From: Nitrosopumilus sp.
GTDB lineage: Archaea; Thermoproteota; Nitrososphaeria; Nitrososphaerales; Nitrosopumilaceae
Direction: 5' to 3'
Assembly: GCA_965218695.1 (NCBI GenBank)
Contig: CBDCLR010000008.1
Coordinates: 1 to 39,429 of the forward strand
DNA length: 39,429 bases
Under the pieces are notes generated by a model that was given only the letters and a program-made list of their open reading frames with translations, did no database searches and had not been told where the DNA came from. Positions 17,816 through 28,135 of this stretch are shown one piece after another (positions within the stretch are counted from its first letter, which is position 1; each line of letters opens with the position of its first letter). The position numbers were made by a program, and so were the translations under genes.

Positions 17816-18930
17816 TGAGATGTGATTCGCAATTAGCCAATTCACCGCGATGGGGCGGCCGGATGACGGCGACACGATCAAATATTATCACTACCGCGCC
17901 TATGCCATGCTAGGATTCGACAAACTGGCAGGCAATGCCAGAAGGTTCAAGATGCTCATGGGCATGTCTCTTCAGGAGTTCGATTTGCTGCTCACAAAAG
18001 TGGAGAAGATGTACCCAGAGGAGGAGAGAAAGAGGCTTTCCAAGCGGTCCCGACAGCGCGAGATCGGGGCGGGCCGCAGATTCGCGTTGGGTGTGCGGGA
18101 GCGGGTACTGCTGCTCCTGTTCTACTACGGGACATACGCTACCCAGGACGTGGCCGCAGAGGTTTTTGGAGTCGGCCAGGCCACCGTATCGCGCTCCATA
18201 GAGCAGGTAGCGCCTGTCGTAAAGAAGTGCGTGCCCATACCTGCAAAGCTCTACGCAGAATCCAAGAGGGTATCTACGGTAGAGGAGCTCGAGGAACTCT
18301 TCCCGGGGCTCGTAGCCCTCGTGGACGTGTCAGAGCAACCGATACAGAGGCCGAAGCGGAAGGATATGGAAAAGTCCCACTATTCGGGCAAAGCCGGAAG
18401 GCACACAGCCAAGACGCAGTACACCGTGAACATGCACGGCCTGATCATCCACAACACCAGGCACTCCCCAGGATGCGTACACGACTTCAAGGTGTACAAG
18501 ACGAAGCACCCGACGTTTCCCAAGAATCTGCCGAGCCGGAACGGTTCGGCCAGGGAAGGGAAGCGCGCGAACCTGCGGACTTATGGCGACCGTGGGTATC
18601 AGGGAGCGCAGAAGGTAGACCCGGACGTTGAGGTAGAGCTGCCAATCAGATGCAAGCCTGGCAAAAAGCTCTCCCCAGAAGAGAGGGAGATCAACAGGCT
18701 GCAGTCCAAGATCCGGATCCGTGTGGAAAATGCGATCCGCAGGGTCAAAACCCACCGGATCATGGGAGACAGATACCGGAATCCACTGAAAAAGTATGAC
18801 CGCATCAACGATATCGTATGCGGACTTGTCAACCAGAGGGTGCTTTGGAGGGCGGCTCAAGCAGCCTGATTGGAACGACCGGAAAATTTGGGCAGAGGAC
18901 GCCTGATTTTTAATTACGGATCACGTCTCA
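17816..18930 (+). mobile_element. IS5-like (ISL2-type, DDE_Tnp_4) element, apparently intact
   Basis: TIR TGAGATGTGATTCGCAATTA and reverse-complement TGAGACGTGATCCGTAATTA; exact terminal base and target duplication unresolved. Confidence 0.85.
17907..18869 (+). CDS. DDE_Tnp_4 transposase with N-terminal HTH
   Basis: FGVGQATVSRSI HTH; LVDVSEQPI, YSGK, YGDRGYQG, RIRVENAI; ORF open from 17850. Confidence 0.9.
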   Translation: MLGFDKLAGNARRFKMLMGMSLQEFDLLLTKVEKMYPEEERKRLSKRSRQREIGAGRRFALGVRERVLLLLFYYGTYATQDVAAEVFGVGQATVSRSIEQVAPVVKKCVPIPAKLYAESKRVSTVEELEELFPGLVALVDVSEQPIQRPKRKDMEKSHYSGKAGRHTAKTQYTVNMHGLIIHNTRHSPGCVHDFKVYKTKHPTFPKNLPSRNGSAREGKRANLRTYGDRGYQGAQKVDPDVEVELPIRCKPGKKLSPEEREINRLQSKIRIRVENAIRRVKTHRIMGDRYRNPLKKYDRINDIVCGLVNQRVLWRAAQAA

Positions 18931-19018
18931 GTGCATGGACGATAGCATAAAGTTGGGATCCTGACTTGGTAAGGATCCGGTGCTTGTTTTTTACAAAGGC
19001 CGCAACCGGAATCTCAAA

Positions 19019-22000
19019 TCAGGTAAACTGTCCAATTCTCAACTGGCCCGCATCAGTTTTACTACCGGTAATGAACAGCGCTCCCACGAGAACAAGACTG
19101 CCTGTGTCCTCCTCCACATCCAAGGCATCATCGGCATCCATGCCTATGCTGTCCCGGATTCTTCTCAGTTCGCCAACCAGTGACCGTATGTCCCGACTGT
19201 TCTCGTAGTCGTCCAGAAGCGACTCCATGTCGTCATTCCAATGCCACAGGTCAGTGGATTTCAGTATATTGTACGCGTCTTTGCCGTCTGCAACCGGCAG
19301 GTTGCCGCCAATTACCTCATTGTCAATGATGTCGCGGATCTTGTCTATGGTCTTCTCGTTCCTTTTTGGCTTTGACTTGAGATCGTTGGCAATTCGGATG
19401 TCACTGCTATTCCGCATTGCGATCGCCTCGCGGGCAATCCCGTCGATCTCAACAAGGTGCCGAAACGACACACCATACCCGTCCACATCCATGGGAAGAT
19501 GCGTCGGAGTGTCCTCGCCGCACCTGGCAAGCACGATTGCCTCCATGTCGTCCACAATCTTCGCCTTGCCCGTGGCATAGTCAAAGACCGCCGAGTAAAA
19601 GCGCCTCTTGCCGGCGGTCTCCCGCAGGTACGCAAGCACGACCTTCCTGCCCTCGCCCGTCTTTCCGCTTCTCCTTCCCATCGAAAACTCCTCCATCTTC
19701 ATGATGCCTGCCTTCTTGATGTGCTGGATGATCTCGTTTATCGGGGTCCGTGCAGGCATGAGATCAGACTCGCGCTCCATGCCCTCCGCTACCTTGCCCG
19801 AGTCCACACCACCCGCAAGCGCCCGTATGCGGCCGGCAGTCGTCTCCCCAAAGTTCTTCGGCGACGCCTCCTGGCCCAGCAGATCCTCGGTCAAACCTAT
19901 TGTGTCGTTTATGTGGCCTATCTTGTCCATGAGCTTGCCGACAAGCTTGAGCAGGTCGTCCAGCTTTGTGTCCGGAAAGCACTCTCGGGAGTGGACTGTA
20001 CCGTGTGCGCTGGTAAGCCTGTCCACCCTGCCTATCCTCTGCACTATCCTCATCGGGTTCCACGGCAAATCATAGTTGACGACATAGTTGCAGTCCTGCA
20101 GGTTCTGCCCCTCGGAGAGCACCTCCGTTGAAACCAGTATGTCGGTCTCTTGCTTTGGCCTGTCCTCGTCCTCTGCCGTGTTTGCCTTGGGCGAGAACTC
20201 CCTTATGATCTGCGGGCGCCTGGATTTCTTGACGCTGCCCGTAATCAGGTTCACTTTTTTGTCGTCGAACTTGTCCTCAAGGAAGTCCCTTACGTATACC
20301 GCCGTTGCCGTGTACTCCGTAAAGACCAGCACCTTTCTTCCCTCCTTCTCCAGCGCCCCGTCCCTGAGTATCATGTCGGCCACGGCTTCTGCCTTCTTGT
20401 CAAACTTTGGCATGTTCTTCAGGCTGTCCCTGTACCGTCTGAGATGTTTCAGATCCGACCCGATATCGCGCTTCATGGATTCGACATCGTACCTGCCCGC
20501 GCTCAGGACAGGTATGTCCCTTATCTCATTCATGAAGAACTCGTCCCGCAGCTCGTCATCGTCGCCGTCGCCCTCCATGTTCTGGGTGTTCCACTTTAGC
20601 ATGATCTTGTTCAGTTGTTTCGGCGACACTATCCTGTTGGTTTTCAGGACGCTGTCAAAGTACTCGAACAGGGCTATCTTGTTCTCTATGCTGATCATGA
20701 CGGCCTTCACGCTGCTCTCAAACCGTTTCAGGAGCAGTATCACCTGCAGGTGCGCCAGCACGGCGTGCTTCCGCCTCTCCTCGTCTGTGAGTGATTCGTT
20801 GTACCTGTCTATGCCGTACGGCACCATGTTCAGGGAGCGTATGGTGTTGAACAGATCCTCGTAGACGTTGCCGAAGAGGTCGGTCATCCCGTAGTTTATT
20901 GGCCTGTAGTCTCTCTTGGGGAATGTTATCGGCCTGTTGTTGATCTTCTCGTTCGGGTAAACCTCCCTGATGAACGTTCTTGTCCGCCTGACCATTATGG
21001 TTTCAAGCAGCAGCTGGATCTTCTCCAGCCCGTCGTCGAGTTTGCGGTTTGCCGCTCTCCTCAGGTACTCGTACAGGTCCGGGATGCCGATGTCCGTAAA
21101 GTAATCGTTCCTCCCGCCCGTGATTATCGATATCTGGTAGTAGAGGTCCATGAGCGAGTTGTTGATTGGAGTTGCCGACATCAGCAGGATCTGCTTTCTC
21201 TTTCCGAGGCTTACTATTTTCATCAGGTTTTTACGGCGTCCCGTGGTGCCAGAGCGGAAGTTCTGGCTCTCGTCAATTATGATGAAATCGTACTTTTTGT
21301 ACCTGAATACGTTAAAGTTCTTCCTGCCCAGCTCCTCCGTTCCTATCATCCTTGCATTGATCTGCGCTTCTTCAAGCTTGTCCGCCCACACGGTGTCCCG
21401 CACCTGGGCGGGAGCTATCAGCAGCACCTTCTTTCCCTCGGCCATCTTCTGCCGCATCACCTCGATGCCTATGTGGGTCTTGCCGAGACCCGTCGAGTCG
21501 GCTAGCATCGCGCCCCCGCGCTCTACTATGATCTGCTGCAGTGTAGATACGGCGTCGCGCTGGAACTTTGCAAGCGTCTTGATGGCGGCGGTGTCAGTGG
21601 CCATTGCGGTCAGGATGCGCTTGTACTTCTCAAAGAGCATCTTCAGGTAGATGTCGTGCGGTTCAGCCGGCACGCCGAACTTTGACTGCTCCAGCACCTG
21701 CAGCATGTCGTCCTTGGCGTCATCCGCCTCGTCCCACATGTCCTTGTACCACTTTCTTATCTTCTTCCAGGTTTCGGTGCTGTACGCGCCGGTATTCAGC
21801 TCGTCATTTGTCGCCAGCCCTGCGCGCGTGAAGTTGCTGGAGCCGACAACGGCGCCCACGTCCCCCATTATGTAGCACTTTGCGTGGTTGAACCTGGCCC
21901 CGCCGCGCCTGACCTGCACGTTGCCCCTCCTCAGAAATGCGATGAGGCTTGCCACATCGTCCATGCTCGCGCCGTCAAGATCCTCCTCGTCAAGGCCCGA

Positions 22001-22297
22001 CTTTACGGATCCGGGCAACAGCCCTGCATTCCTGCGGTACTCCTCAAACGTGTCAAAGGTCGGCGGCCGTATGGCATCCCTGCCGATCATGAGCCGGAAC
22101 TCAAACGAGGGGTTCATTGCGGCCCTCTCCAGGGATTTCCGGACAAGGCCGTACCCGCCAACGTCAAAGTATCCCGACGACACGTCAAGGAACCTGATCC
22201 TGTTCAGGTTCATGGTAAGCACCTCTGCCATGACGGCCGCCCTGTTGTCTATTACGTCAGGCTCAAGCTTTGCCTTGTCAATCTCGTCGTCCATCAT
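19019..22297 (-). CDS. PLD-nuclease/SNF2-family helicase fusion
   Basis: NHAKCYI...GSSNFT...NDELN (PLD); ADSTGLGKT, IIDESQNFR, SATPINN, SEGQNLQ, DLPWNPMRIVQRIGRVDR. Confidence 0.92.
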   Translation of the reverse strand: MMDDEIDKAKLEPDVIDNRAAVMAEVLTMNLNRIRFLDVSSGYFDVGGYGLVRKSLERAAMNPSFEFRLMIGRDAIRPPTFDTFEEYRRNAGLLPGSVKSGLDEEDLDGASMDDVASLIAFLRRGNVQVRRGGARFNHAKCYIMGDVGAVVGSSNFTRAGLATNDELNTGAYSTETWKKIRKWYKDMWDEADDAKDDMLQVLEQSKFGVPAEPHDIYLKMLFEKYKRILTAMATDTAAIKTLAKFQRDAVSTLQQIIVERGGAMLADSTGLGKTHIGIEVMRQKMAEGKKVLLIAPAQVRDTVWADKLEEAQINARMIGTEELGRKNFNVFRYKKYDFIIIDESQNFRSGTTGRRKNLMKIVSLGKRKQILLMSATPINNSLMDLYYQISIITGGRNDYFTDIGIPDLYEYLRRAANRKLDDGLEKIQLLLETIMVRRTRTFIREVYPNEKINNRPITFPKRDYRPINYGMTDLFGNVYEDLFNTIRSLNMVPYGIDRYNESLTDEERRKHAVLAHLQVILLLKRFESSVKAVMISIENKIALFEYFDSVLKTNRIVSPKQLNKIMLKWNTQNMEGDGDDDELRDEFFMNEIRDIPVLSAGRYDVESMKRDIGSDLKHLRRYRDSLKNMPKFDKKAEAVADMILRDGALEKEGRKVLVFTEYTATAVYVRDFLEDKFDDKKVNLITGSVKKSRRPQIIREFSPKANTAEDEDRPKQETDILVSTEVLSEGQNLQDCNYVVNYDLPWNPMRIVQRIGRVDRLTSAHGTVHSRECFPDTKLDDLLKLVGKLMDKIGHINDTIGLTEDLLGQEASPKNFGETTAGRIRALAGGVDSGKVAEGMERESDLMPARTPINEIIQHIKKAGIMKMEEFSMGRRSGKTGEGRKVVLAYLRETAGKRRFYSAVFDYATGKAKIVDDMEAIVLARCGEDTPTHLPMDVDGYGVSFRHLVEIDGIAREAIAMRNSSDIRIANDLKSKPKRNEKTIDKIRDIIDNEVIGGNLPVADGKDAYNILKSTDLWHWNDDMESLLDDYENSRDIRSLVGELRRIRDSIGMDADDALDVEEDTGSLVLVGALFITGSKTDAGQLRIGQFT

Positions 22298-25200
22298 GGC
22301 CCTCCCCCAGATATCTCGTCATAGCATATGGGCGCCAGCTTGCGTACCTCGCCGTAGAACTGCCGCAGTGTCTTGTTGTCGTTAAGGTCTGCCGACTTTG
22401 CCTCAAGCAGGGCCGGGTTCTCGGTGAACTTGAAGGAATCCAATATTGTCATGTACTCGTCCCGGGTCAGGCCGTAGGCGTGGGCCGCCAGCGCGTCGAG
22501 CCTTGAGGTAGCACGTATTCGCTCCGGCGGCGTCAGCCTGACGTTGTCTACCCTCAGCGAGTCGGCAAATCCCTCAAACTCGTCAGTTCCCACGCAGAGC
22601 GTTGCCGCGAGTTTTGCAATCTCGTTGTAGTGTGTGTCGTTTGGAACTGGGAGGCCTTTGATTACTGTTGGTACATCCATCTGCATTTTGCAGCGGGCTG
22701 TAAAGTCAAATGGCATGGAATTAAGCACTCCGCACAGGTATGCTATTTTTCTGTTGTAGTCGTTGCCGTTTTCGAATGCTCCGCTACGAGTTAGCACAAT
22801 AGAATACAATGTATACATATGGAATGTCTGTGGCGGTATTATGGACGCAATTACCGCTCTCATGTTTGTTGGACTAGCTACACGACGGAATGCCAGCCGG
22901 AACGAGTGATAAAACTTCCTAGAATCCTTCCCATATACGCGCTTTCTTCCCTCCCTCTTCAGGCCGGCTGAGGAACTTGCTGTAAACTCCGGTCTTGCAA
23001 AGTCAGGGTTAAACTGGTGGATGTGTTTGCCTTCCAGAACAGGCCAGCCACTTCTGCCATCCTTTAGAAGGGCAGAATCACCTGTTTTATGAAATCCGCT
23101 TGAGAGAGCAACACACCATCTGTCAGAGGATTCCGAGTGCAGTGTGTTGCCATTCGACATCTTATCAAGTATGCCAAGATCTCTGGATCCTACCTCCGGA
23201 ATCTGGTATGTATCTGGCGATATCCTGCGTATCATCTGCTTTGAGATAACATGGAACTTTTCTTTCTCGGTTTTATCTGCTCCAAGTGACGACAGGTGAT
23301 GCAGGTAGAATCCGGCTTGGAATGTGTCAGAGCCTAGCCTGTTGCGCGCGGTCAGGAGCATAAACCTATATCTGCTGTCTATTGGGAATATTTTTTTTCG
23401 GTTCTCAAATACATACATCTGTCGCACATCCGTATTGAGAACACGTCTCCGCATTTCAACCGAACTGGAATTTGAAAGAATCTGTGACGGTATCAGTACT
23501 GATATAATGCCATCCTTGCCCACAAGGGAGAGCATCCGCTCAAATATCAATTGCCACAGATCTCTGTCGCCCTCACCCTGCTGCTCATATGTCCTGTAGA
23601 ACGCAGACTTTTCCCTGAATGACAGGATGTACTCATCATAATCTGCCTTAATTTTCGGATTTTTGAGAATCTCGTTCTTCTTTGCCGTTTTTTTGGTATT
23701 TGGACTAATTGATCTGAATGCAGGATAGTGTGGTGTAAAAAACTCATCATCGTTCGGCTTTACTTTGTCCCACGGAGGGTTTCCCACTACTAGGTCGAAT
23801 CCACGTCTAGAGTCCGTGAACGCGTCCATCAACCCAAGCTCCCAATGGAAGAAATCGTATCGGTTTCGAAGTTCTCTGGTTCTTGCAAGAGTGTACTGCA
23901 TGTCATCGTCCATCGAATTTTGGCCAGTGAACCGCCGGATGTAGCCTGCGACATTCTTTCGGGCACTCTTTGGGATCACGGTACCGTCTATCTGCGCCGC
24001 ACAGTACACGTCAAGCCCCGTCCTGTTTGATTCCATCTCTGCCTCGTACTCGCCATGCGCATCCTCGCTTGCCCTGACCTGATCTATTGTAACATCCGCG
24101 CTTCGGCTCACACGCTCCATCATTCCACCTATTTTGTCTGTGGTCTCCATCCAGATGTCAAGCAATTTCCCCTTGGAGTCGCCGATGTCACTGCGCCAAT
24201 CTCCGATAGTCGAGTCGCCTGTCTTGATGTGGTGGTTAAGGTAGGTAAGCGGCACGCCTATCGCAAAGGAATCAAGCCAAAGCGACACCCGGGCGAGTTC
24301 AACCGCTAGCGGGTTGATGTCAACGCCGAAGATGCATCGCTTCATTATGCGGCGCTTGAGCAGGACATCATGCGTGAGCAGGCTCTGGTTTATGGCAATG
24401 TCCTTCTCCTTCTGTGTGTCTATGACAAGCTTCCTGTCCTTCTCTATCTCGCCGACCAGCGGGTGCTCTGGATACAGTTCCAGCATTCCTGTCGCCCACC
24501 GCGTGATCGAGTTCAACGCCTCAACAAGAAAGTGTCCGCTCCCCATGGCCGGGTCAAGCACCTGGATGTCAAGCAGCCTGTCCATGCAGGCATTGCGGTT
24601 CTTTTTCGTCCGGCTCTCCCTGTACCTCTCCAGATCACCTGCCATTCGTTTCTCGCGCTCCTGGAATATCGGCTCCAGTCCGCGTCTCACTAGAAACGTT
24701 ACCATCTGCTCCGGCGTGTAGTAGCTTCCGGACGACTTTCTGGACATGGCCCCGGCCTTGGATATGATGTAGAGCTGGTTCTTCTTGTACGAGTACGTGG
24801 ATTCTGCCCTCGATGTCACCTCGCGCACCCCCTTCTTGTCTTCCAGCAGCATGATGTCCCTGTCTGCCTGCCGCACCACAAACTCCATCAGCGTCTCGTA
24901 GATGTGCCCCAGATGCCTCACGCCGAGGCTCGCATAGTCCATCGGCTCGCCGTCCTTCTCAAATAGTCCACGCAGCGCCCCCACAAAGTGCTCGTTCCTT
25001 ATCTTTTTGCCGTCGATCTCCGGGTCTTGCTTGAACAGCTCGCCGTTGTACTGCGGCAGGTTATGCTTTGGGCTGCCCTTTCGGATGCCGGCAAACAGGG
25101 CCTTCACGCGCCCGTAGCAGTCATGATCCTCTGGCCTCTCGCCCATGCCGTCAAGGCTGTTTCTCAATGAAGTCAGCGACAGCGGGGCGTACATCTTGTC

Positions 25201-26367
25201 CCTGGCCGGCAGAAGATCACGCGATTCAGCGTACAGCAGGAACCACACGCGGTACATGATCTTGAGTGTCGTCTTCTTGGCGTCTTTCAGCTCTTCCTCC
25301 GGATACCGCCGCTTCCCGTCATGGTCGAGTATGCCCTTTACCAGATCGACAAAGATGCCGTCCGGCTTCAGTATCCTGTCTGCTAGGTTTTCCTCCAGCT
25401 CCTGGACGTAGTTCTTGCCCTCGTCAAAGATCACATCGATGCCAGCCTTCCCGTCCTTTACCACGTACGACATAGCCCCAAATATGGCGGCAAGGTACCG
25501 CAGGATGACGGCCTTCTTCACCTCCAGGCTTATCTCAAAATAGTTAGTCGTGGATGCCGACACCCGTGACGTGTAGAGCCTCCATGTCATGCCGTCTGTG
25601 AGCACGACCCACGGTGCGTTCTTCAGCTCCGCCACCGCCCTGTAGCTTGGTGCCACGTCGTCCGCGCTCCTCTGCATGCCAAAGTCCTGCCCCCTGTCCA
25701 CCACAACGACTGATGCGAGCGGGAAGGCGCGCGAGCGGTACACGCCGTTTCGCCCCTTCAGGCCATTCCATCCGAGAATCCCGAGGGTCTTGTTCGCATC
25801 CCCCTCCCATGCGGCATCCAGGCCGTCTTGTTCTGCACTACTCTCGGCAAAAAGGCGGTTCTTCAGGTAGTGTGTGGAGAAAATGCCCCTGTTGTTGAAG
25901 TTTCGTGTGGTGAACGGGATGTTGGCGATCGTTCTCTTGATGGAGATCCTCGCCATCATCTCGCTGTCGGCTGATGCAAAATCGGCTGAAGACAGGGTGG
26001 CCTGAATCTGCTCGCAGGCATCACTGCTGTCCAGCCCAAAGACCGTGCTGTCAGCACCGGACTTGAAGAACATGCTGTAATTGGATTTCAGGTGAAATAT
26101 GGCAATGCAGTTTGAAACGCCCGAAACCTGCCTCTTTGCGTCGGCGATGGTCTTTGCCTTGTGCTCAAAAAGCAGCGCCGGCACGGGGGCATCCCCGCCG
26201 TCTGCCTTCTGGAACCTGTATACTCCCCATCCGGCCTGCTCTCCATAGTCCGGGATCGTCCTGCACTTGGAAGATAAGCCCATTGCGGTCAGGATATCAC
26301 TGATCATGTTGGGGATTTCCGGCTCTTTCCCAGAACCTCGTTTGTCTGATATCACGTTTCTGTCCAT
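22294..26367 (-). CDS. Type IIG (Eco57I-like) N6-adenine DNA methyltransferase / RM protein
   Basis: GSYYTP, LDPAMGSGHFL, FGVDINP, FFHWEL, VGNPPW, C-terminal TRD; ATGA overlap with the helicase. Start ATG 26367 (TTTAAA about 20-25 nt upstream); ORF open to 26469. Confidence 0.92.
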   Translation of the reverse strand: MDRNVISDKRGSGKEPEIPNMISDILTAMGLSSKCRTIPDYGEQAGWGVYRFQKADGGDAPVPALLFEHKAKTIADAKRQVSGVSNCIAIFHLKSNYSMFFKSGADSTVFGLDSSDACEQIQATLSSADFASADSEMMARISIKRTIANIPFTTRNFNNRGIFSTHYLKNRLFAESSAEQDGLDAAWEGDANKTLGILGWNGLKGRNGVYRSRAFPLASVVVVDRGQDFGMQRSADDVAPSYRAVAELKNAPWVVLTDGMTWRLYTSRVSASTTNYFEISLEVKKAVILRYLAAIFGAMSYVVKDGKAGIDVIFDEGKNYVQELEENLADRILKPDGIFVDLVKGILDHDGKRRYPEEELKDAKKTTLKIMYRVWFLLYAESRDLLPARDKMYAPLSLTSLRNSLDGMGERPEDHDCYGRVKALFAGIRKGSPKHNLPQYNGELFKQDPEIDGKKIRNEHFVGALRGLFEKDGEPMDYASLGVRHLGHIYETLMEFVVRQADRDIMLLEDKKGVREVTSRAESTYSYKKNQLYIISKAGAMSRKSSGSYYTPEQMVTFLVRRGLEPIFQEREKRMAGDLERYRESRTKKNRNACMDRLLDIQVLDPAMGSGHFLVEALNSITRWATGMLELYPEHPLVGEIEKDRKLVIDTQKEKDIAINQSLLTHDVLLKRRIMKRCIFGVDINPLAVELARVSLWLDSFAIGVPLTYLNHHIKTGDSTIGDWRSDIGDSKGKLLDIWMETTDKIGGMMERVSRSADVTIDQVRASEDAHGEYEAEMESNRTGLDVYCAAQIDGTVIPKSARKNVAGYIRRFTGQNSMDDDMQYTLARTRELRNRYDFFHWELGLMDAFTDSRRGFDLVVGNPPWDKVKPNDDEFFTPHYPAFRSISPNTKKTAKKNEILKNPKIKADYDEYILSFREKSAFYRTYEQQGEGDRDLWQLIFERMLSLVGKDGIISVLIPSQILSNSSSVEMRRRVLNTDVRQMYVFENRKKIFPIDSRYRFMLLTARNRLGSDTFQAGFYLHHLSSLGADKTEKEKFHVISKQMIRRISPDTYQIPEVGSRDLGILDKMSNGNTLHSESSDRWCVALSSGFHKTGDSALLKDGRSGWPVLEGKHIHQFNPDFARPEFTASSSAGLKREGRKRVYGKDSRKFYHSFRLAFRRVASPTNMRAVIASIIPPQTFHMYTLYSIVLTRSGAFENGNDYNRKIAYLCGVLNSMPFDFTARCKMQMDVPTVIKGLPVPNDTHYNEIAKLAATLCVGTDEFEGFADSLRVDNVRLTPPERIRATSRLDALAAHAYGLTRDEYMTILDSFKFTENPALLEAKSADLNDNKTLRQFYGEVRKLAPICYDEISGGGP

Positions 26368-26548
26368 TTCAATAACCACACCGCATTTAAACTTGGGATC
26401 CCACAACCCCCCCCCACCTCGCGGTTGGTGCGTAATTCTGATCCTTCTTGCCCACACCTGTCTTCCCACGCCTTCATCGGCGGGGATTCTGGCAGTGTCG
26501 GGCGTTAGCTGCCCGCACGCCGCGATCAGTTACGACGGGCCCGGATCA

Positions 26549-27550
26549 TCAGGCGCACTCCGCGTGCGCCAGACCACCGTAGGATGGTATCGGTATCCTT
26601 AGCCGGTTGGCGCACTCGAACCGGTTGAGAACCCTGATGTTCCAGGCGATTGCCCTGCCCTTGGCGAACCGGCGCCGGTTGTCCTCCCTGACAAACCTGC
26701 AGAGCAGCTGGTGCCCCTTGGTCTCCTCGGCCCCGAATATTCCCTCTATCAGGGATCTCTTTCTGTACTCGTTATCGTTGAACATCCTGGCCGCCTTCTT
26801 CCTGTAGGGCTTGCCCCGGCTGACGGCATCCTTTCTCTGCTTGATGTTGGGGATCATGCCCATCCAGAAGAGCTTCTCGCAGTTCTCGTCGGAGTCGTAC
26901 GCCTTGTCCCCGTTGAAGAAGCGCCCCGCAAAGTCAAACCCGCGGCGCCTGATCTCGGCCAGCATTACCGGAAGCATGACCGTGTCGCTGACGCTGCCGG
27001 GCGTGGTGAACGCCGCCAGTACGATCTGCAGGCCCAGGATGGCCGTTATGTGGTATTTCCAGTAGGTCTTTTGGCGCGTCTCGACGAAGTCGCGCCTCTT
27101 CCTGTCCGGCCTCTCGACGTCCTCGTACCTTGTGGTCTCCGCCCCGCTGCTGTCCGCCCCCAGCGGATCCGTCGCCCTGCTCGCCTCCTTGATGCATCGG
27201 CGGGCCGTCTCGGCCAGGATTCGATCGAGCCAGTCAGCGGGTAACGTCTGGAAGTGTCTGACCAGCGTGGTGTGGTCCGGGACGGGCTCGCTGTCCCACG
27301 GCGTCCGCATGTCCCGCAGGTCCGATTCTATCCCGCGGTAGGTGTTGTTGTCAGCCATCATCAGCAGGCAGGCAAAGTCCAGCTTGTCCTTGGAGTGTAT
27401 CGGAGGGCGGCCCCGGTTGTCGTTTTCCGGGCGCGGGCGCGGGTTCTCCAGGACTACCTCGATCAGCACCCTCTTCAGGTGGGGCGACTCGCCTTCCTTT
27501 GCAAGTTCGTAATACTGCCAGTATCCTTCTCGTCTTTTGTGCTCTGTCAT
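26549..27550 (-). CDS. DDE_Tnp_1 (IS5/IS4-superfamily) transposase
   Basis: RGRPP, VPDHTTL, GADSSG, GDKAYDS, YRKRSLIEGIF; element ends not identified. Confidence 0.88.
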   Translation of the reverse strand: MTEHKRREGYWQYYELAKEGESPHLKRVLIEVVLENPRPRPENDNRGRPPIHSKDKLDFACLLMMADNNTYRGIESDLRDMRTPWDSEPVPDHTTLVRHFQTLPADWLDRILAETARRCIKEASRATDPLGADSSGAETTRYEDVERPDRKRRDFVETRQKTYWKYHITAILGLQIVLAAFTTPGSVSDTVMLPVMLAEIRRRGFDFAGRFFNGDKAYDSDENCEKLFWMGMIPNIKQRKDAVSRGKPYRKKAARMFNDNEYRKRSLIEGIFGAEETKGHQLLCRFVREDNRRRFAKGRAIAWNIRVLNRFECANRLRIPIPSYGGLAHAECA

Positions 27551-27862
27551 TGCGGAATACGCGAGATCGCCGATCCGAAAACGTATCGGTCAGGTCAAGC
27601 ATGACTGGGAGGAATTACGCACCAACCTCGACGTCACAAGGACGTATACCGTCACGTTTACGCTCTTGGATGAATCCAAGAACCCCATAACCTTTGAAAT
27701 GGCTACGCATTCAACGTGCGATCAGGAGCTACAGCCCCCGTAATTGCCATCTTTTTGGAAGACATACAGTTTAGTTACTGCCGTGCTTCTGTGTCAGTCG
27801 ACTACTGATCTCCACAATTCGTGGCTGTTGGCACGATCATAACGAGCAGCTGTACATGGTTA

Positions 27863-28104
27863 GGCTCTGGTAGATTTTGGTGATCTCGACCGTTCACTGT
27901 TCAAAAGTGTGCTTTAGGGTCCTCTCCAGATTCAACCCCGCCGCATTTCGTCACGGTGTTCAAAAGCGTGGCGCCTTCCACAAGGCTGTTCAAAAGTGAG
28001 CTGAGCCATACTTGCACCTTGGTGGTAGATTTTCGTGATCTTAGTCCGTTCTTTTTGGGGCCCTGTAAATTTTTGTGATCCGATCACCAAAATCTACCAG
28101 AGCC
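27863..28104. mobile_element. 242-bp MITE, copy B (opposite orientation, 40-bp extra segment)
   Basis: Perfect 23-bp TIR GGCTCTGGTAGATTTTGGTGATC...GATCACCAAAATCTACCAGAGCC. Confidence 0.88.
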
Positions 28105-28135
28105 ACATTTAGGCAGAGGGCCTGAACCTTCCTCA

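Noticed and set aside
19019-26367. Calling this locus DISARM or BREX
   Set aside because: No drmA/drmB (DUF1998) or pglZ/brxC genes in the window.
27590-27743. Protein-like fragment DWEELRTNLDVTRTYTVTFTLLDESKNPITFEM
   Set aside because: May be the tail of a gene truncated by the adjacent IS, but there is no credible start or recognisable family.
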